From the NCBI GenBank assembly GCA_021613535.1, contig CP075493.1:17856001-17920000 (forward strand): DNA of 64,000 bases, read 5' to 3'. Source of the DNA: Adineta vaga. Its lineage: Eukaryota > Animalia > Rotifera. The notes beneath the pieces were generated by a model, which did no database searches, was not told the DNA's origin, and was given only the letters and a program-made list of their open reading frames with translations. Both the position numbers and the translations under genes were made by a program. Below, in pieces: positions 49,462 to 62,659 of this stretch. Position 1 is the stretch's first letter. Every line of letters starts with the position of its first letter.

Positions 49462-52400
49462 CCGCCTGCCAGGGATGTGTTAACATCCACAGGGTCTCGA
49501 GGCTGCAATAGTAGTTTTGAGAGGCGCCCCTGGGCTGCTGGTAGCCACCTTGTCTTATTCTCAGGCTAGCCCCCTAAAAATAGGACGTTTTAAACTTTTA
49601 CTGGCTAATGAAAAGGATCAGAGAAAGTGCATAAATGCAAACAAATCTACTTTCTTTAGTGGATGGAACGTACGTTCGTGCTTTCGGCAAGTCAAGCAAG
49701 ACCTTATATGCAAGCAATTACAGAAACATCGAATTCAAATTGCTGCTTTAAGTGAAACTTCGATGTATGATTCGGGTGTCATTATAAAAGATGACTATTC
49801 GATGGTATACTCTGGTGCTCCAAGTTGTAACAAAACAAGAGCTGCTCATGGAGTTGCCATTTATTTAGACAAACATGCTGCTAATGTTTGGAGGGAATCA
49901 GGGGCGAAATGGGAGGCAGTAAATGAAAGAATACTAATGGTTCGGTTGTGCTGTGAGCCCATTCAGGTGTCAATAATTGCAGTATATTCGCCAATAAATC
50001 CAAACGGAAGTAAAGAGGCAATCGAGGAATCCAATGCCTTTTACGCTAAATTACAACAGACGGTAGATAAAGTGCCGAGAGGAGACATGCTTCTGATATT
50101 GGGTGATTTTAATGCTAGAGTTGGCAAACAACAAAATCTAACATCTAAAAATGTCATTGGACCGCATGCTGTGGATAAAATAAATGAAAATGGAAAGCAG
50201 CTAATAGATTTTTGTTCTCATAACGAGTTGATTGTGGCCAACACTTTTTACCAGCATAAGACATTACATCAGATGACATGGAAGCATCCAGCAACTAAAA
50301 AATACCACATGCTGGACTATACACTTGTTAACAGAAAATTTCGTTCGAGTGTAGAAGATGTCAGAGTATTTAGAAATGCTGCTGGAGCTATTGGTACAGA
50401 TCATCATCTCGTAAAAACAAAACTGAAGTTCCACTTAAGATGGAGGAAGAAAGCTGTAAAACCACAGTGTGTCAGAATGGACGTAAATAAAATGAAAGAT
50501 GTTGATTTAAAAAGAGATTTTCAAGTGCAACTCTCTAGTAGATTAGAAGCTAATGTGGCACAGAAGAAGCTGATAAAGGAGAAATATGACGAATTTACTG
50601 ATTATGTAAAGACTTTGAGTGGTGCAATATTTAACAACAAACACAATAAGTCAAGAAAACCAAAAGAATGGTTGACCGATGAAATTCTTAGTCTTGTTGA
50701 GGAGAAAGCAGCGGTTTTTGTTGAATGGCAAAATCATAGTCAAACTAGGTTGGAACGAAAATATCGAAGCAAATACTACCAACTAAGAAATTTGGTTAAC
50801 AAAAAGATACGTGCTCGACGACTCGAATATTGGGATGAGGTAAGTGAAGAAATCGAAAAGTCTATCAAACAACACGATCCAAGTACAGCATATAGCATGA
50901 TAAGACAGCTTAAAGGTGGAAGAACTAATGTAGACAATATGCCAATACGAAACAAGCAAGGTGATCTTCTCTCAGAGTCAGAAGATGTGATGTGTCGGTG
51001 GAGTGAATACTTCTATGAACTGTTGAATGTGCATTCTATTATTGATCCACATATTAGCCAACAAATCCAGATACCAAATATTCCAACAGCTGAACAAATA
51101 CGACAAGACAAACTTCATCTCTGTCTGAAGTTATGGATGCCATTAAACAAATGAAAAACAGAAAAGCTCCGGGTGTTGACAATATTTCGGCAGATGTACT
51201 CAAAGCTGGCGGCGTGCCAATGGCGAAGTGGGTACATGAAATAGTCTGTGATGTGTGGAACGAGGAAGTAATGGTAGACGAATGGACAACCGCTATTCTA
51301 ATTCGGTTGTATAAAAGTAAAGGGGACCGTTCAGTGTGTGGAAACTATAGAGGCATATCTCTTTTGGCGGTAACTGGCAAAATATTTACACGTATAATTT
51401 TAAATCGAATACAAAATTTAGTTGACAAACAACTCCTTGAATTACAAGCTGGTTTTCGGCGCAATAAGTCTACAATTGATCAAATTTTCACACTCAATTT
51501 AATAATGAAAAAGTCTCAAGAATATAACAAACCATTGTTCTTATGCTTCATAGATATACAAAAAGCATACGACTCGGTTGACAGAAATTTGTTGTGGAAA
51601 GTATGTAGGAGTTATAGTATATCTGATAAGTTGATTCGGTTATTAAAGTTGCTTCACAGTAAAACAAAAGCTCAGGTACGTATTGGAGGTAATTTATCGG
51701 AAGCATTTGAAATAGAAACTGGAGTGATGCAAGGTGGGATTATTTCACCGATGCTGTTCAACATATTTTTCAATTATGTTATACGAAAAGTAATCGATGA
51801 AGCTGGAATAAATGGCATAAGGTTGGCTTTCGGCAGTAAAGATTTTTGTCACACAGATAAAGATCATTTTGAAGACCTTGATGTCGTGGCCTTGGCGTAT
51901 GCAGATGATCTAGTAGCTATAAGTGACAAAGCGGTTGACATCGAGCATTTCATTCGAACGTTCGAGAAAGTTAATCAACAATGTGGGTTAACAATGAATG
52001 TTAAAAAAACATGCACTATGTCTCTCAAACAACTTGAAGTAGATCCTCAAAGTAGGATCATCAAAGGACAAGAGGTTGTTGTACCTAACTTTGATACAGT
52101 AATTCGAAATGAGAGAATTGAATCAGTCGAAAATTTTCCTTATCTAGGATGCATAGTGTCGAGAGATCAATCAATAGATAAGGAGATGGAAACTAGGCTA
52201 GCAAAGGCGTCAACGGCCTTCAACTTGCTTCGTAATACTATCTGGTATAGGAAATCTGTGTCTTATGAAGCAAAGTTTCGAATTTTTCGTGCGTGTGTCC
52301 TACCTGTTTTGTTGTATGGAAGCGAAGTTTGGGCGTTAAATGTGGCACAAGAAAGAAGAATAAACAGTTTCTATATGAAATGTTTACGGACAATTATTGG

Positions 52401-53226
52401 AGTGAATCTGGGTGATAGGATGGCAAATAATATGCTGATAGAAATCACGGGGCAACCACATATCGAAAACATAATGAGGAGAAACAGACTGAGATGGTTT
52501 GGTCATGTCAATATGCTGAACAAAGACGATAATGAGCCATCAATGGTAAGGAAAATTATGTTTTCATATTATCGAAATATAAAGCGCCCGAGAAATGGAG
52601 GTATAAAGAAGAGATGGGAAGATAAGATCATTGATGATCTTACTAAGTGTCAAATTCATAATTGGAGAAGAGATACTCTGCTGAGAGGTAAATGGAGAGA
52701 AATGATTAACAAACCGGTGCAGGTTAAACCAATTCACAACAACATCAAAAACATCGTACAAGAATACAAGAATATGGCCATAAAAAGAAGAGATGGTGTA
52801 CATCAAGTCAAAGTCACAGAAGCACTTAAACGAAATTCAAACAACATGTATACTTGTCCAAAATGCACTAAATCTTTCAGGCCACAAGGAATTACTAATC
52901 ATGTGAGGTCTTGTGCAAAGGAGTGGTGTATACAAAACAAAATTCGCATGTAATGAATCAAGTACGTGCCGAAAACGGTGGGTGTAAATAACTCGTGCAT
53001 CATGATGAGTGAAACTGAAACCTTTCCCGCGCGGCTTTGGAGGTGTCATTCGGACCAAGCACGAGTTTATGGAACTCAACAGCGAACCAACTGGAAATTC
53101 ACCAAAAGAAGATAAAGACTATTTACGTTTTTTTTTTTTGTGTAGTGTGTTCTTCTTTTTTTTTGTATCTTTTTTTTGATCTTCGCCCAACACCGAAAGG
53201 TAAGGGTAATAAAACTAACTAACTAA
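49462..53226 (+). mobile_element. RTE-clade non-LTR retrotransposon (LINE), near full length
   Basis: 13-bp TSD CTCTTTCTCGCCG (49449-49461 / 53227-53239); (ACTA)n 3' tail; single APE-RT cistron, no ORF1. Confidence 0.9.
49517..52953 (+). CDS. AP-endonuclease + reverse transcriptase + C-terminal Zn finger, split by one frameshift near 51115
   Basis: EN: WNVRS, LSET, GDFNARVG, LDY, TDHHLV. RT: KAPGVD, NYRGISLL, QAGFR, DIQKAYDSV, GVMQGGIISP, AYADD, YLG. C-terminal CPKC...HVRSC. Confidence 0.9.
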
Positions 53227-55356
53227 CTCTTTCTCGCCGTACTTTATTCAAAAGGTATCTGCGGAGTATAGGCAGCTCTTTTCGTTCTCTATAACGTTTT
53301 TTGTCATCCAAGGTACGAAATTATATAGGAATTTTTTTAAAAGATGCCTTTTTTTCTAACATAAATACTGTATATATTTGCAGGGTAAAAACCTTAACCC
53401 TACATCCTGCCCTACCCTGTGATCATCTCTACTCTCCACTTCCGAATGTATATAGATGGGTTTTCTTTTCTCGTATTTTGATCGCGAAATCCAACCTATA
53501 AAATCACGTGCTTCAACCGTCGAAAGTAAGTGCACTGTCATTAATTTCGTCGACAAGTCAAATTTTGTTTGCAATTTCAACACTAAACTAAGTTTTGTCC
53601 TTAGTTTCCATATCTCATTTTGAAAGCTGCTCCCAAAGCCTTGAGCCCTAAACAACACATCTATGTGTGATCTTTGCACGTAAATACCAACAAAAATTCT
53701 TGAAACCGTTCAAAACTTCTCAGGGCAGTGTTTTTTTATCTATTTAAACAAAATATTTCGTTTCATGCTTTATGCGAAAAGATATGATTGGTTTAGAAAA
53801 CTGATCGAGGGGGCCCTTCTTAGAAAACCCGACTTTTTGGAAAAACTTGGGGTCGAGTTTTCTACACAGGAAGGGGTGTCGAAGCTTCCCCTTTCAGAAT
53901 ATAGGCAGGCTTTGACCAAACAACCAGAATCTCACAAACTTGTTGATAAAAAACTTTGCCTCTATCACCATATTTTGCGGAACTTTTCGCATACTTCTCA
54001 GTGTTGAAAAAGTGTTTTTACCCGGAAAAGATAAGATCAAAACTAGTTCAACATGATAGATCGTACTAGCGCACTGCGACTGTTATATGTTGTAAACAAG
54101 TCACGCTAAATATATCGAAAATATGCCTCTTACAGATGAGTTTATGAAGTTGAATACGAAATTCGTTCCTGAATTTATTTTCTGGTTCTTCTCAAAGGAG
54201 AATTTTCAATCGGAAAAATTGAAACTAGTCCTTCCGCATCTGGGACTATATCCGATATGTTTTTTTGTTTTACATGTCTGAACCACGGCTAACTTTTGTC
54301 CGAGGCCAATTTTTATAAGTGGCTTTTGAACTGAGAAAAATGAAATTTGTTGTCATTGAACCCCCATTTCTAATACTAATTTGCCGACCATGCCACTAAA
54401 AGTATTCATAAAAAATCATTTTGACTTTCTTTAAAAATTCTGTCCAGACAAACGCTGCGCTCCAAGATTAGCTTTAATTTGAAACCAACCTGAACTCGAT
54501 AGCACATAACAGAATGAAGTTATGCCGGTTTGAAAAATAGGTCATAAACTAGCTGATTCGTCCACTCTAGTAAGACCTAGAGGGCTGATATTTTTACCAC
54601 AAGCGTATTTCATCAGGATCAGCCCTCCCTAAAAAATTCAGCTTAAACCAATAGTATAAAGTGGAAGATCAGTTCTGAGAGGAGTCTCTTAATATATAGC
54701 GAATTTAATAAGATATGCGACGTCTCTACTAACAGAGTTTTGGCTCTGTAGGCAATTTGACAGCTTTTTTCTACTTAGTGTGATATACTAAATATAGAAA
54801 AAAAAATTTTCAGATACTGAAAAAGGTACAAAGCGGATAATCTTACACATCTTGAGAAAAACGACACCTTCGCACTCTTTCGTGTTTTTCGATCGGAAAA
54901 AAGTATTTGTTGAGGCTATAAAGAGAATTTCCGTAATCAGCAGCTCACACGCTATTGAATGACATAAAAAACGGCAGAGTTTTCAAAACAAAAGTGGATG
55001 TGAATGTTGATCTTAATTCCATTCACATCTGACTCATCCTCACAATTTAGCTGAAATGTGACATTACGAGCTGTGAAAAAAGTTCTTAAATGATTCAGAA
55101 AAATTTATGATTTAGTCAATTTTACAACCACCAGCAAAAGATTGCAAAGAATTTTTCAAGATTTTATACCGTTCTCCGAATGTTTGAAAGGGAGAAATGA
55201 TCAGTTCGTGATTTAAATTGATTTTTCATCTGTTATAAAAGTAGCCTTTTTGTGGATCTTTTTTCGTAAAACCGCGTGGTCTCGATCGCTAAAGCTGCAG
55301 TATTATGATCTAATCATTGTATGCGACTTTGTAGATAGCTAAACAGAAATAACATT

Positions 55357-56991
55357 ATGGAATCTCAGCAACATATGAATGGTATTGGCACTTGTGTTGA
55401 CACAATCGATGTTGTCATCGTTGGTGCTGGATTTGCTGGATTATTCATGTTACATCATTTGCGAGAACACGGTTTCGTAGCAAAAGTTTTCGAAAGCGGT
55501 GACGAAATTGGTGGCACATGGTACTGGAATCGTTACCCTGGTGCCCGATGCGATGTCGAGAGTATGCAATATTCGTATTCTTTCTCTGAAGAGCTGCAAC
55601 AGGAATGGCATTGGTCGGAACGCTTTGCTGCACAGCCTGAAATTCTGGCCTATCTGAACTATGTAGCGGACAAATTTGATTTACGCAAAGATATTATACT
55701 AAGCACTCGAGTGGTCTCTGCAATTTTCGATGATACTCTTTTACGTTGGGAGATTAAAACGAACCGCAACAACGTTTTGCTGGCCAAGTTTTGTATCATG
55801 GCAACAGGCTGCCTCTCTGTTCCGAAAACTCCTGATATTAAAGGACTCGATCACTTCAAAGGTAGTATTTATAGCACTAGCAACTGGCCGCATGAGAATG
55901 TGGATTTTTCGAATCGTCGTGTAGCCGTTATCGGAACAGGACCATCAGGTGTACAATGCATCCCAATCATCGCCAAACAGGCTGCTCACGTCTATGTATT
56001 TCAACGAACACCCAATTATTGTATTCCGCCGAACAACCGCCCGCTCGATCTAAAAGAGGAAGAACGGTGGAAGACAAACTATGCCCGATTTCGACGTGAT
56101 ATGCTACAGACAAGTGGTGCACTTTTGCTTGATGGCATTCGAAATTGTCCTGCATTAAGTGTGACACCGAAAGAAAGAGAAGAAGTATATGAGTCGGCAT
56201 GGCAGAAAGGCGCAAACGCATTTACATTACCTTTCAATGATCTCTATATTAATAAGGAAGCCAACGACACAGTAGCAAATTTTATTAAGTCAAAGATACG
56301 TACAATCGTCAAGGATCCCATTACTGCCAGGCTCCTGTTACCATATAATCATCTTTTTGGTATCAAACGTCTCTGTAGGGGTACTGACTATTACGAAACA
56401 TTTAATCGCGATAATGTCACACTTGTTGATCTTCGTTATAGAGGCATTAGTGAAATTCAGGCAACAGCAGTTCGAGTTGGGAACAAGACTTATGAAATAG
56501 ATGATATCGTCCTTGCACTTGGATTCGATGCATTTACTGGCGCATTGCTCAACATAGACATTCGTGGTCGATCAGGTAAAACACTTCAAGAAAAGTGGAC
56601 AGAAGGATGGCGTACTTACTTGGGTCTCATGATTGCTGATTTTCCTAATATTTTTACGATTACTGGTCCCGGTAGTCCTTCCGACTTAGCTAATATGGTT
56701 CCACATATCGAAGAACATGTGAAATGGATAACAAAATGCTTAGTGTATCTACGAACGCATCAAATCAATATGATCGAACCTACGCTCGAGGAAGAAGCTG
56801 CTTGGGTTAAACATGTAACCGACGTAATGGAAAATACTCTATTTCGAACATCCAAATCACTTTACGATGGCGCAAATATTCCAGGGAAACCACGAGTTTT
56901 CATACCTTATGTAGGAGGTTTTGATATTTATATGGAGAAATGCGAAAAAATCGCCACGAATGACTATGAAGGTTTTCAACTGACAAAGTAG
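55357..56991 (+). CDS. Type I Baeyer-Villiger monooxygenase (cyclohexanone/phenylacetone monooxygenase-like), intronless, bacterial type
   Basis: Two Rossmann motifs (GAGFAG, GTGPSG); GGTWYWNRYPGARCD fingerprint; FKGSIYSTSNWP variant of FxGxxxHxxxW; KR catalytic Arg region; 544 aa. Confidence 0.93.
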   Translation: MESQQHMNGIGTCVDTIDVVIVGAGFAGLFMLHHLREHGFVAKVFESGDEIGGTWYWNRYPGARCDVESMQYSYSFSEELQQEWHWSERFAAQPEILAYLNYVADKFDLRKDIILSTRVVSAIFDDTLLRWEIKTNRNNVLLAKFCIMATGCLSVPKTPDIKGLDHFKGSIYSTSNWPHENVDFSNRRVAVIGTGPSGVQCIPIIAKQAAHVYVFQRTPNYCIPPNNRPLDLKEEERWKTNYARFRRDMLQTSGALLLDGIRNCPALSVTPKEREEVYESAWQKGANAFTLPFNDLYINKEANDTVANFIKSKIRTIVKDPITARLLLPYNHLFGIKRLCRGTDYYETFNRDNVTLVDLRYRGISEIQATAVRVGNKTYEIDDIVLALGFDAFTGALLNIDIRGRSGKTLQEKWTEGWRTYLGLMIADFPNIFTITGPGSPSDLANMVPHIEEHVKWITKCLVYLRTHQINMIEPTLEEEAAWVKHVTDVMENTLFRTSKSLYDGANIPGKPRVFIPYVGGFDIYMEKCEKIATNDYEGFQLTK

Positions 56992-57147
56992 CTGTCATCG
57001 TTACATCGGGGTGGTGCAAACCATTCATATTACTGTTGTTGTTTTTTATATATTTCCACGACACAATAGCTTATTGACTTGATGTTTTTATTTGAATAGA
57101 TGCCAGTGTAGATGAGGACCAGTTGTTTTTTTCAACTCTGTCTTCAT

Positions 57148-58292
57148 TAGAGGTTCACACAGTTCAGTTCATGAATCGACTGTAAAGAGCTTTAAAACTG
57201 AACTTTATCATCAATTCAGTTCATCTGAACTGAACTCATCGATCAGTTCTTCTAAAAGAACTGCTGAGTGTATTCAAGTGCTCTTATAGAGAGTATCCTT
57301 CAGTCTTCTACTCCTACCATATTCGATTCTCAATGGTTCTCGAAAACTTGTTCTCTCGACTGAAAAGGGTCGTATCAAGTGAACCCAAGTTGGTGTCAGT
57401 CAAAGTTGAGTCTAAATTCATATTTTACCATTTTTAGCTCATATGAAGCGAATCAAAGTGATACATATTAGCTCATACTATGCCCATTTTAAATATTTAG
57501 TATCCTAGTACCGGAAGTATCGCTCCCAAAACAGAATAATAGTACTCATAATCCGAAAGTATCACTCTCGAAGCAGAACACAACTGTTCTGTTATTGGGA
57601 TGGAACTTCAGAGTTATGAGCACTATTATTCTGTTTTGGAAAGAACAAATCTTTAGATAGCCAACTAATGATGTTCTGGCAACGTTTTTCAGAAGGTATA
57701 AAAGCATTTGGACTATGTTATCCGAACAATTTACATTTTGATTGGCCCACTTTTTTCTATAAGAAGTGAACTACATTTCATAGAATAACGCGTTGAGTTA
57801 ACTTCCTACGACCGAGCTTTTTATACAGTTCAGCTCATTTGAACTGAACTGTTTGAGAAGTGAGCGGTTCTGAACTTGAACTCACTCAAAAAAGAATTGT
57901 CTGTTTGCTGAGCGTTTTAAAGTTCTACAGCAGCTACGAAATCGAAAATGGTTCTTCCCCTGGATACACCGGCAAAATCTTTGATACGAAACCATTTTAA
58001 GATCAGTGGGACTCAACTAGGTTTCCTAAGAAAAATACAAAACCATTGAAGTTTTAGACAAATTGTTAATGATTTGATACGAATCCTCAATAGTTTGATG
58101 CGAAATCCAGATGATTTTATATTTTCCTCACTAAAATTATTTGAATCCACCGATCTTAAAATTGTTTCTTAGCAAAGATTCTGCCGGAGTATATAGGGGA
58201 AGAACCATTTCAGGTTTCGTAGCTGCTGCAGAACTTTAAAACGTTCGGTAGACGGACAATTTTTTTCGAGTGCCAAACTGTGTGTATCTCTA
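57148..58292. mobile_element. Old non-autonomous hAT-like element with a nested foldback (~57883-58272)
   Basis: TAGAGGTTCACACAGTT / AACTGTGTGTATCTCTA; flanks GTCTTCAT / ATCTTCAC; GAACT/AGTTC subterminal motifs; nested CACTC...GAGTG element with ~130-bp inverted arms. Confidence 0.6.
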
Positions 58293-59457
58293 ATCTTCAC
58301 GCGTTCACACACTGACATATTTAATCAAATGTTGCTTCTTTTTAGATATTTCTAGTTTTTACAACACTTGCATACTTACTGTTTTACACGTATAAAACTT
58401 GGAAATACAACGTCGCCAATAATGAAAATGACAGTATTAGAGAAGGTGCAAAAAACAAGCAATGATGTCTCTAATAGCATCAGCAGCTTTTACTGCCTCC
58501 AATTGTTCGCAGAGTATTGCATATTTCGCACAAGAAGGCATCTGGCTCGATGTCTATCGAGCGCATTCGTTCGGCAATTGTTGCTGTTCTTGAATAGAAC
58601 AATATACTACGAGCAGCAGTTCACTTCGATGAAGGTCTGAGTATGTTGGTGCAAACTAGTGATGGGCCGAAGGACGCGTAAAGCGGTATTCGTTTGCTTC
58701 CGTTGCCTTCGCAGTGGCGATGAGGCTACAGTCATTGGTTTCTCTTTCCTACGATTATAGTCGTAGGAAACAGTGGCAGAACGAGAAAGCGCATAAATTC
58801 TTCACGGTGTAATGAACAGCATACATTTTTTACGTAATAAAAATTGTTCTTGCTATGGTCCAGAAACAATTAAAAAGCATTGTCATTCTACAGATGCTAG
58901 TGAATTTTATTTGCAACCGTATTTTCCTCATTCATTTGAGGTAAAAGAATCCGTTTCAACTACAGTTTATTTTTCGATGAACATAATAGAAATATGACAT
59001 TTAATAATTTAATTTAATGTGGACAGGAATATAATCACAGAAGACCGGAACATTGAAGAAAACATTCGAACCGGTTGTTTAGTGATTTCTGCAGTACACA
59101 TAACTTTCGAATAAAATCCGAAGTTTCCGCATTTATTTTATAATATGTTGACGAAATTCAATTCTAATTATATATTTTTGTTCAGCATGAGTCGGCGCGT
59201 TGACTCATGTGTTATTTTTTTACTTTTCGCCAATTTAGTAAAAACTTTTCTCTTTACATACGAAGAGTCACCCGTCCAAATGAGTGGATCAAGATCAATT
59301 TACAGAAACTCTGTTAAGCTACATTACAGGATCTAATCACTTATAGAGTTTTGTAGAGTGAAACATTGCCTATCACATCCTGTATTCAGAATTTTATTTC
59401 ATTTCGAGATGATCGAGATATTGCTACCGACTTTTCTTTCAGGCATTGACCTATGAG

Positions 59458-61177
59458 TAGGGAACTGCAAAGTGGTCCCGGTCCCGCCGTGACCGGGACC
59501 GGGACCGGGACTGGGACCAATTTTTTTTTAACGGGACCGGAACGGGACCGGGACCAAAATTATCAGCTGGTCCCGTCAATTTTTTTTCATTCACAATCAA
59601 AGAATTGATAATTTCCATCAATCTCATAGATTATCTCGTGAATAAAGGCAAAATATATTAATTTGATTGGTTAGTAATTCTACCATTCTCTTCGTTCTTG
59701 CCTCTATAGACAACCAATAAAAATGTGTTACTGTTTCTTTCTGGTAAGTAGTAATGGTAACTTAAAATAAATCTATTAGAAAATAAATATTTGTTTGAAC
59801 ATAACGAACATGGCGACGTCAAGCATTTACAACAAACAACAAATTCTTGAAATAATAAAAGAAAAATATCCCCTCATGGAATTTATTAAACCAAAGCATG
59901 TAAAAAGTGTCAAATGGAACAATTATTTACAGATATATGTTAATGGTGTTGGTCAACCTTTCTTATCAACCAATCATCAAATTCGTTGCTCTTCTTCTTC
60001 TTATATATCAACTATAACGAAGTAAACAGACTAGTATGCTTTTTCATTCTTTCTCTTTCTCTTCGTCTTCTTCTATTCAACACACTTCACACATTCCTCG
60101 TTTACCTCATTATGTCACAAAACGTTTTGATGCTTTACTTTTCTATAACTCCATATAGCCACTTATACTACATGTAACTTTCCTCTTTTTCTTCTACGGA
60201 CATACGACTTTAGCCATGCGTCCGATTTCTTTTCTTTTTTGCCAGCGTTCGTATAATAACATGCATCCGTTGTTTTCCATCGTTCTTGTATTGTTATTAT
60301 ACTGAATAAAGCCTTGTTACCAAAAAAAACCTTTCATATCTTGTATAAGCTGTCATGCTGTTCTTGCATGGAAATCAAGTGATGGAACAAATGTTATGGA
60401 CAAACATGACAAAGCATGTCAAAAACAATTACCATCATCAAAACAACAATCAATCAAATCATTTTGTTCAATAGATAAGGATGCTCAAAGTCGATTGATT
60501 AATTCAACAAAACGAAAAATTACTGATGTGTTAGCCGAATGTTGTGCAATAGATAGTTTACCATTTAGTTTGGTTGAAGGTGTAGGATTTCAAGAACTCA
60601 TTGGAAATTTACTCAAAGCTGGTCGAAAATTAGGTACAGGTGTTTCATCTAGTGATATTTTACCTGATTCAACAACAGTAAATTAAGAATATTTTTTTAA
60701 TTTAATTTTTGCAGATTGTTAATATCATTTTTTTAATTTAAGATCAGTCGTCATATCGATAAGATTTACGATTTTCGAAAAGAACAACTAAAATCATATT
60801 CGAAAACGATGACCAATTACGTAATTATCGTTGATTTTTGGACTGAACATAATACTAAGGTACATTATGGTGGTGTAACTGTTCATACATATTCAGAGCA
60901 ATATGGTCTTCTCGTTTTTGTTCTTGCTTGTAAACCATACGATTTACCAACTCAATCATCGGATAATATTCGATTATATACAAATAAAATACTTGAATCA
61001 TATGATTTAGATTTGGAAAAGGTGAATTATGTGGTCAGTGATAATGAGAACAAGATGCGTGCGTCATTTAGAAGTAATATTATTCGTATTGGTTGTTCAA
61101 CACATTTTATTAATAAAATCATTGAACATTCCTTGTGCAAACAAGATATTGATTGTGATGCTATCCAACAATTATTT
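59458..61177 (+). mobile_element. hAT DNA transposon (left part) with a disrupted BED-finger transposase
   Basis: Left TIR TAGGGAACTGCA, GGGACC subterminal repeats. The transposase reads ...QIYVNGVGQPF/ISCISCHAVLAWKSSDGTNVMDKHDKAC (BED finger), DSLPFSLVEGVGF, IVDFWT, VSDNE, CSTH. Interrupted at 59963 and at 61178. Confidence 0.85.
59963..60327 (+). mobile_element. 5'-truncated retroposed fragment (LINE 3' end)
   Basis: 8-bp TSD AACCTTTC (59955-59962 / 60328-60335); AATAAA plus a short A tail; removing it rejoins the BED finger. Confidence 0.75.
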
Positions 61178-62178
61178 GGGTTACATGAATTTCGGTCCAG
61201 GAATTTTTCGTCCCAGACTTTCGGCCCAGTCCGAAATTCCGGTGACATTTGGGTCCAGGGACGAAAAATTAACGAAATTTCGGTCCAATTCTTAATTAAA
61301 TTAGATTTAATTAATTATCAATTAGTGACTTCATAGTGCTGAGCAACATGAATTTCAAAATGCATAGTGCTAAGCAGTATGACATAGTGCCGAGCAGTAT
61401 GAATATCAAGAGAATCATCTTGCTAAGCAGTATGACATAGTGCCGAGCAGTATGATACAAAGTTCTTCAAGAATTGGTAGTTTTAGTGGTAAAATTATTA
61501 TTAGAAATGCTTGATTAATTTTAGAATTCTTTCGCATTTATACTGGGAAAATAGATGAAAAAAATGATACAAAGCTCAATAAAACGAATACATTTTTATC
61601 ATACAAAAGTATTGTTCGTTGCATGTATTGTTTTCCTGAATAATATATGCACATATGGTTTAATTGTTCGATAGAGAAACTGCTTTGTAGAATTAAGTAA
61701 ATATATGTCAATTTTAGCATAGATGATTATCTATATCTTTCTACGATATTTTTGAAATCTAGTAAATGAAAAGGAAGATATTTTGGATGATTAATACACA
61801 TCCAAGTTTTTATTGGAATCAACGATCAATAGATACATTAAATACTTCCTCAAAGCTTGAAGTACTTTCAGAATGACAATCTGCAAACATCTATACATAT
61901 ATAAATTGTACAATTTGTTTATCTAGGTGTTTCATGTATACATTGTACCTTCAGATTGTTGTCAAATGATTTACTATTTATGTTAATTTCCTTTGAGAGT
62001 TGTTTTATTTTATGTATTCATTTTTGAAATCATATCTATTTTAACATTCATGTGATTTGTATCAAATCTGATTCTTTCCTTTGTAATTGTTCTATACAAT
62101 TTTCGACTAACAATATTAGATTCCCTTTGCACATAGTTATGAACAAGATGAATATTAAATCTTTCTGACTGTTTTGTT

Positions 62179-62310
62179 CGTTCGATCTATAGGTCATTTC
62201 GTCCGTTTTATGCGTTCGATCTATGGGTCATTTCGTCCGTTTTATGCGTTCGATCTATGGGTCATTTCGTCCGTTTTATGCGTTCGATCTATGGGTCATT
62301 TCGTCTGTTT
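62179..62310. repeat. 34-bp tandem repeat (~4 copies)
   Basis: Unit GTTCGATCTATGGGTCATTTCGTCCGTTTTATGC. Confidence 0.85.
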
Positions 62311-62659
62311 TCTTAGAAGATGAATCAAATCTTTTATATTCTATGCAACATGTATTCGAGTAATGCCTGGATTCAATTATATTCATCAAATACTTTCTTT
62401 CTTTGGTGATATTGATCGATCTATTCACAATTATTTCTTTGTTACCCACTATGTTTATATTTCTTTTTTTCCTTCATATCGCTCATGACTTTTAACAAAT
62501 GCTTATCTAAGTATTAACTTTGATTTTTTCAAAAAAAATTAAAACCATCATCTCGTGAACCTCAATTTATATTTATTGTTATATACTCAACTATCAGTAA
62601 GAAAGTGTAGTATATTTAAGTGTTTTACTGATTTTTTAATTTGATTGTTAGGTACTACT

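Noticed and set aside
53400-54700. Possible non-autonomous element and short ORFs (53356-54007)
   Set aside because: No convincing TIR/TSD pair or protein motif found by eye.
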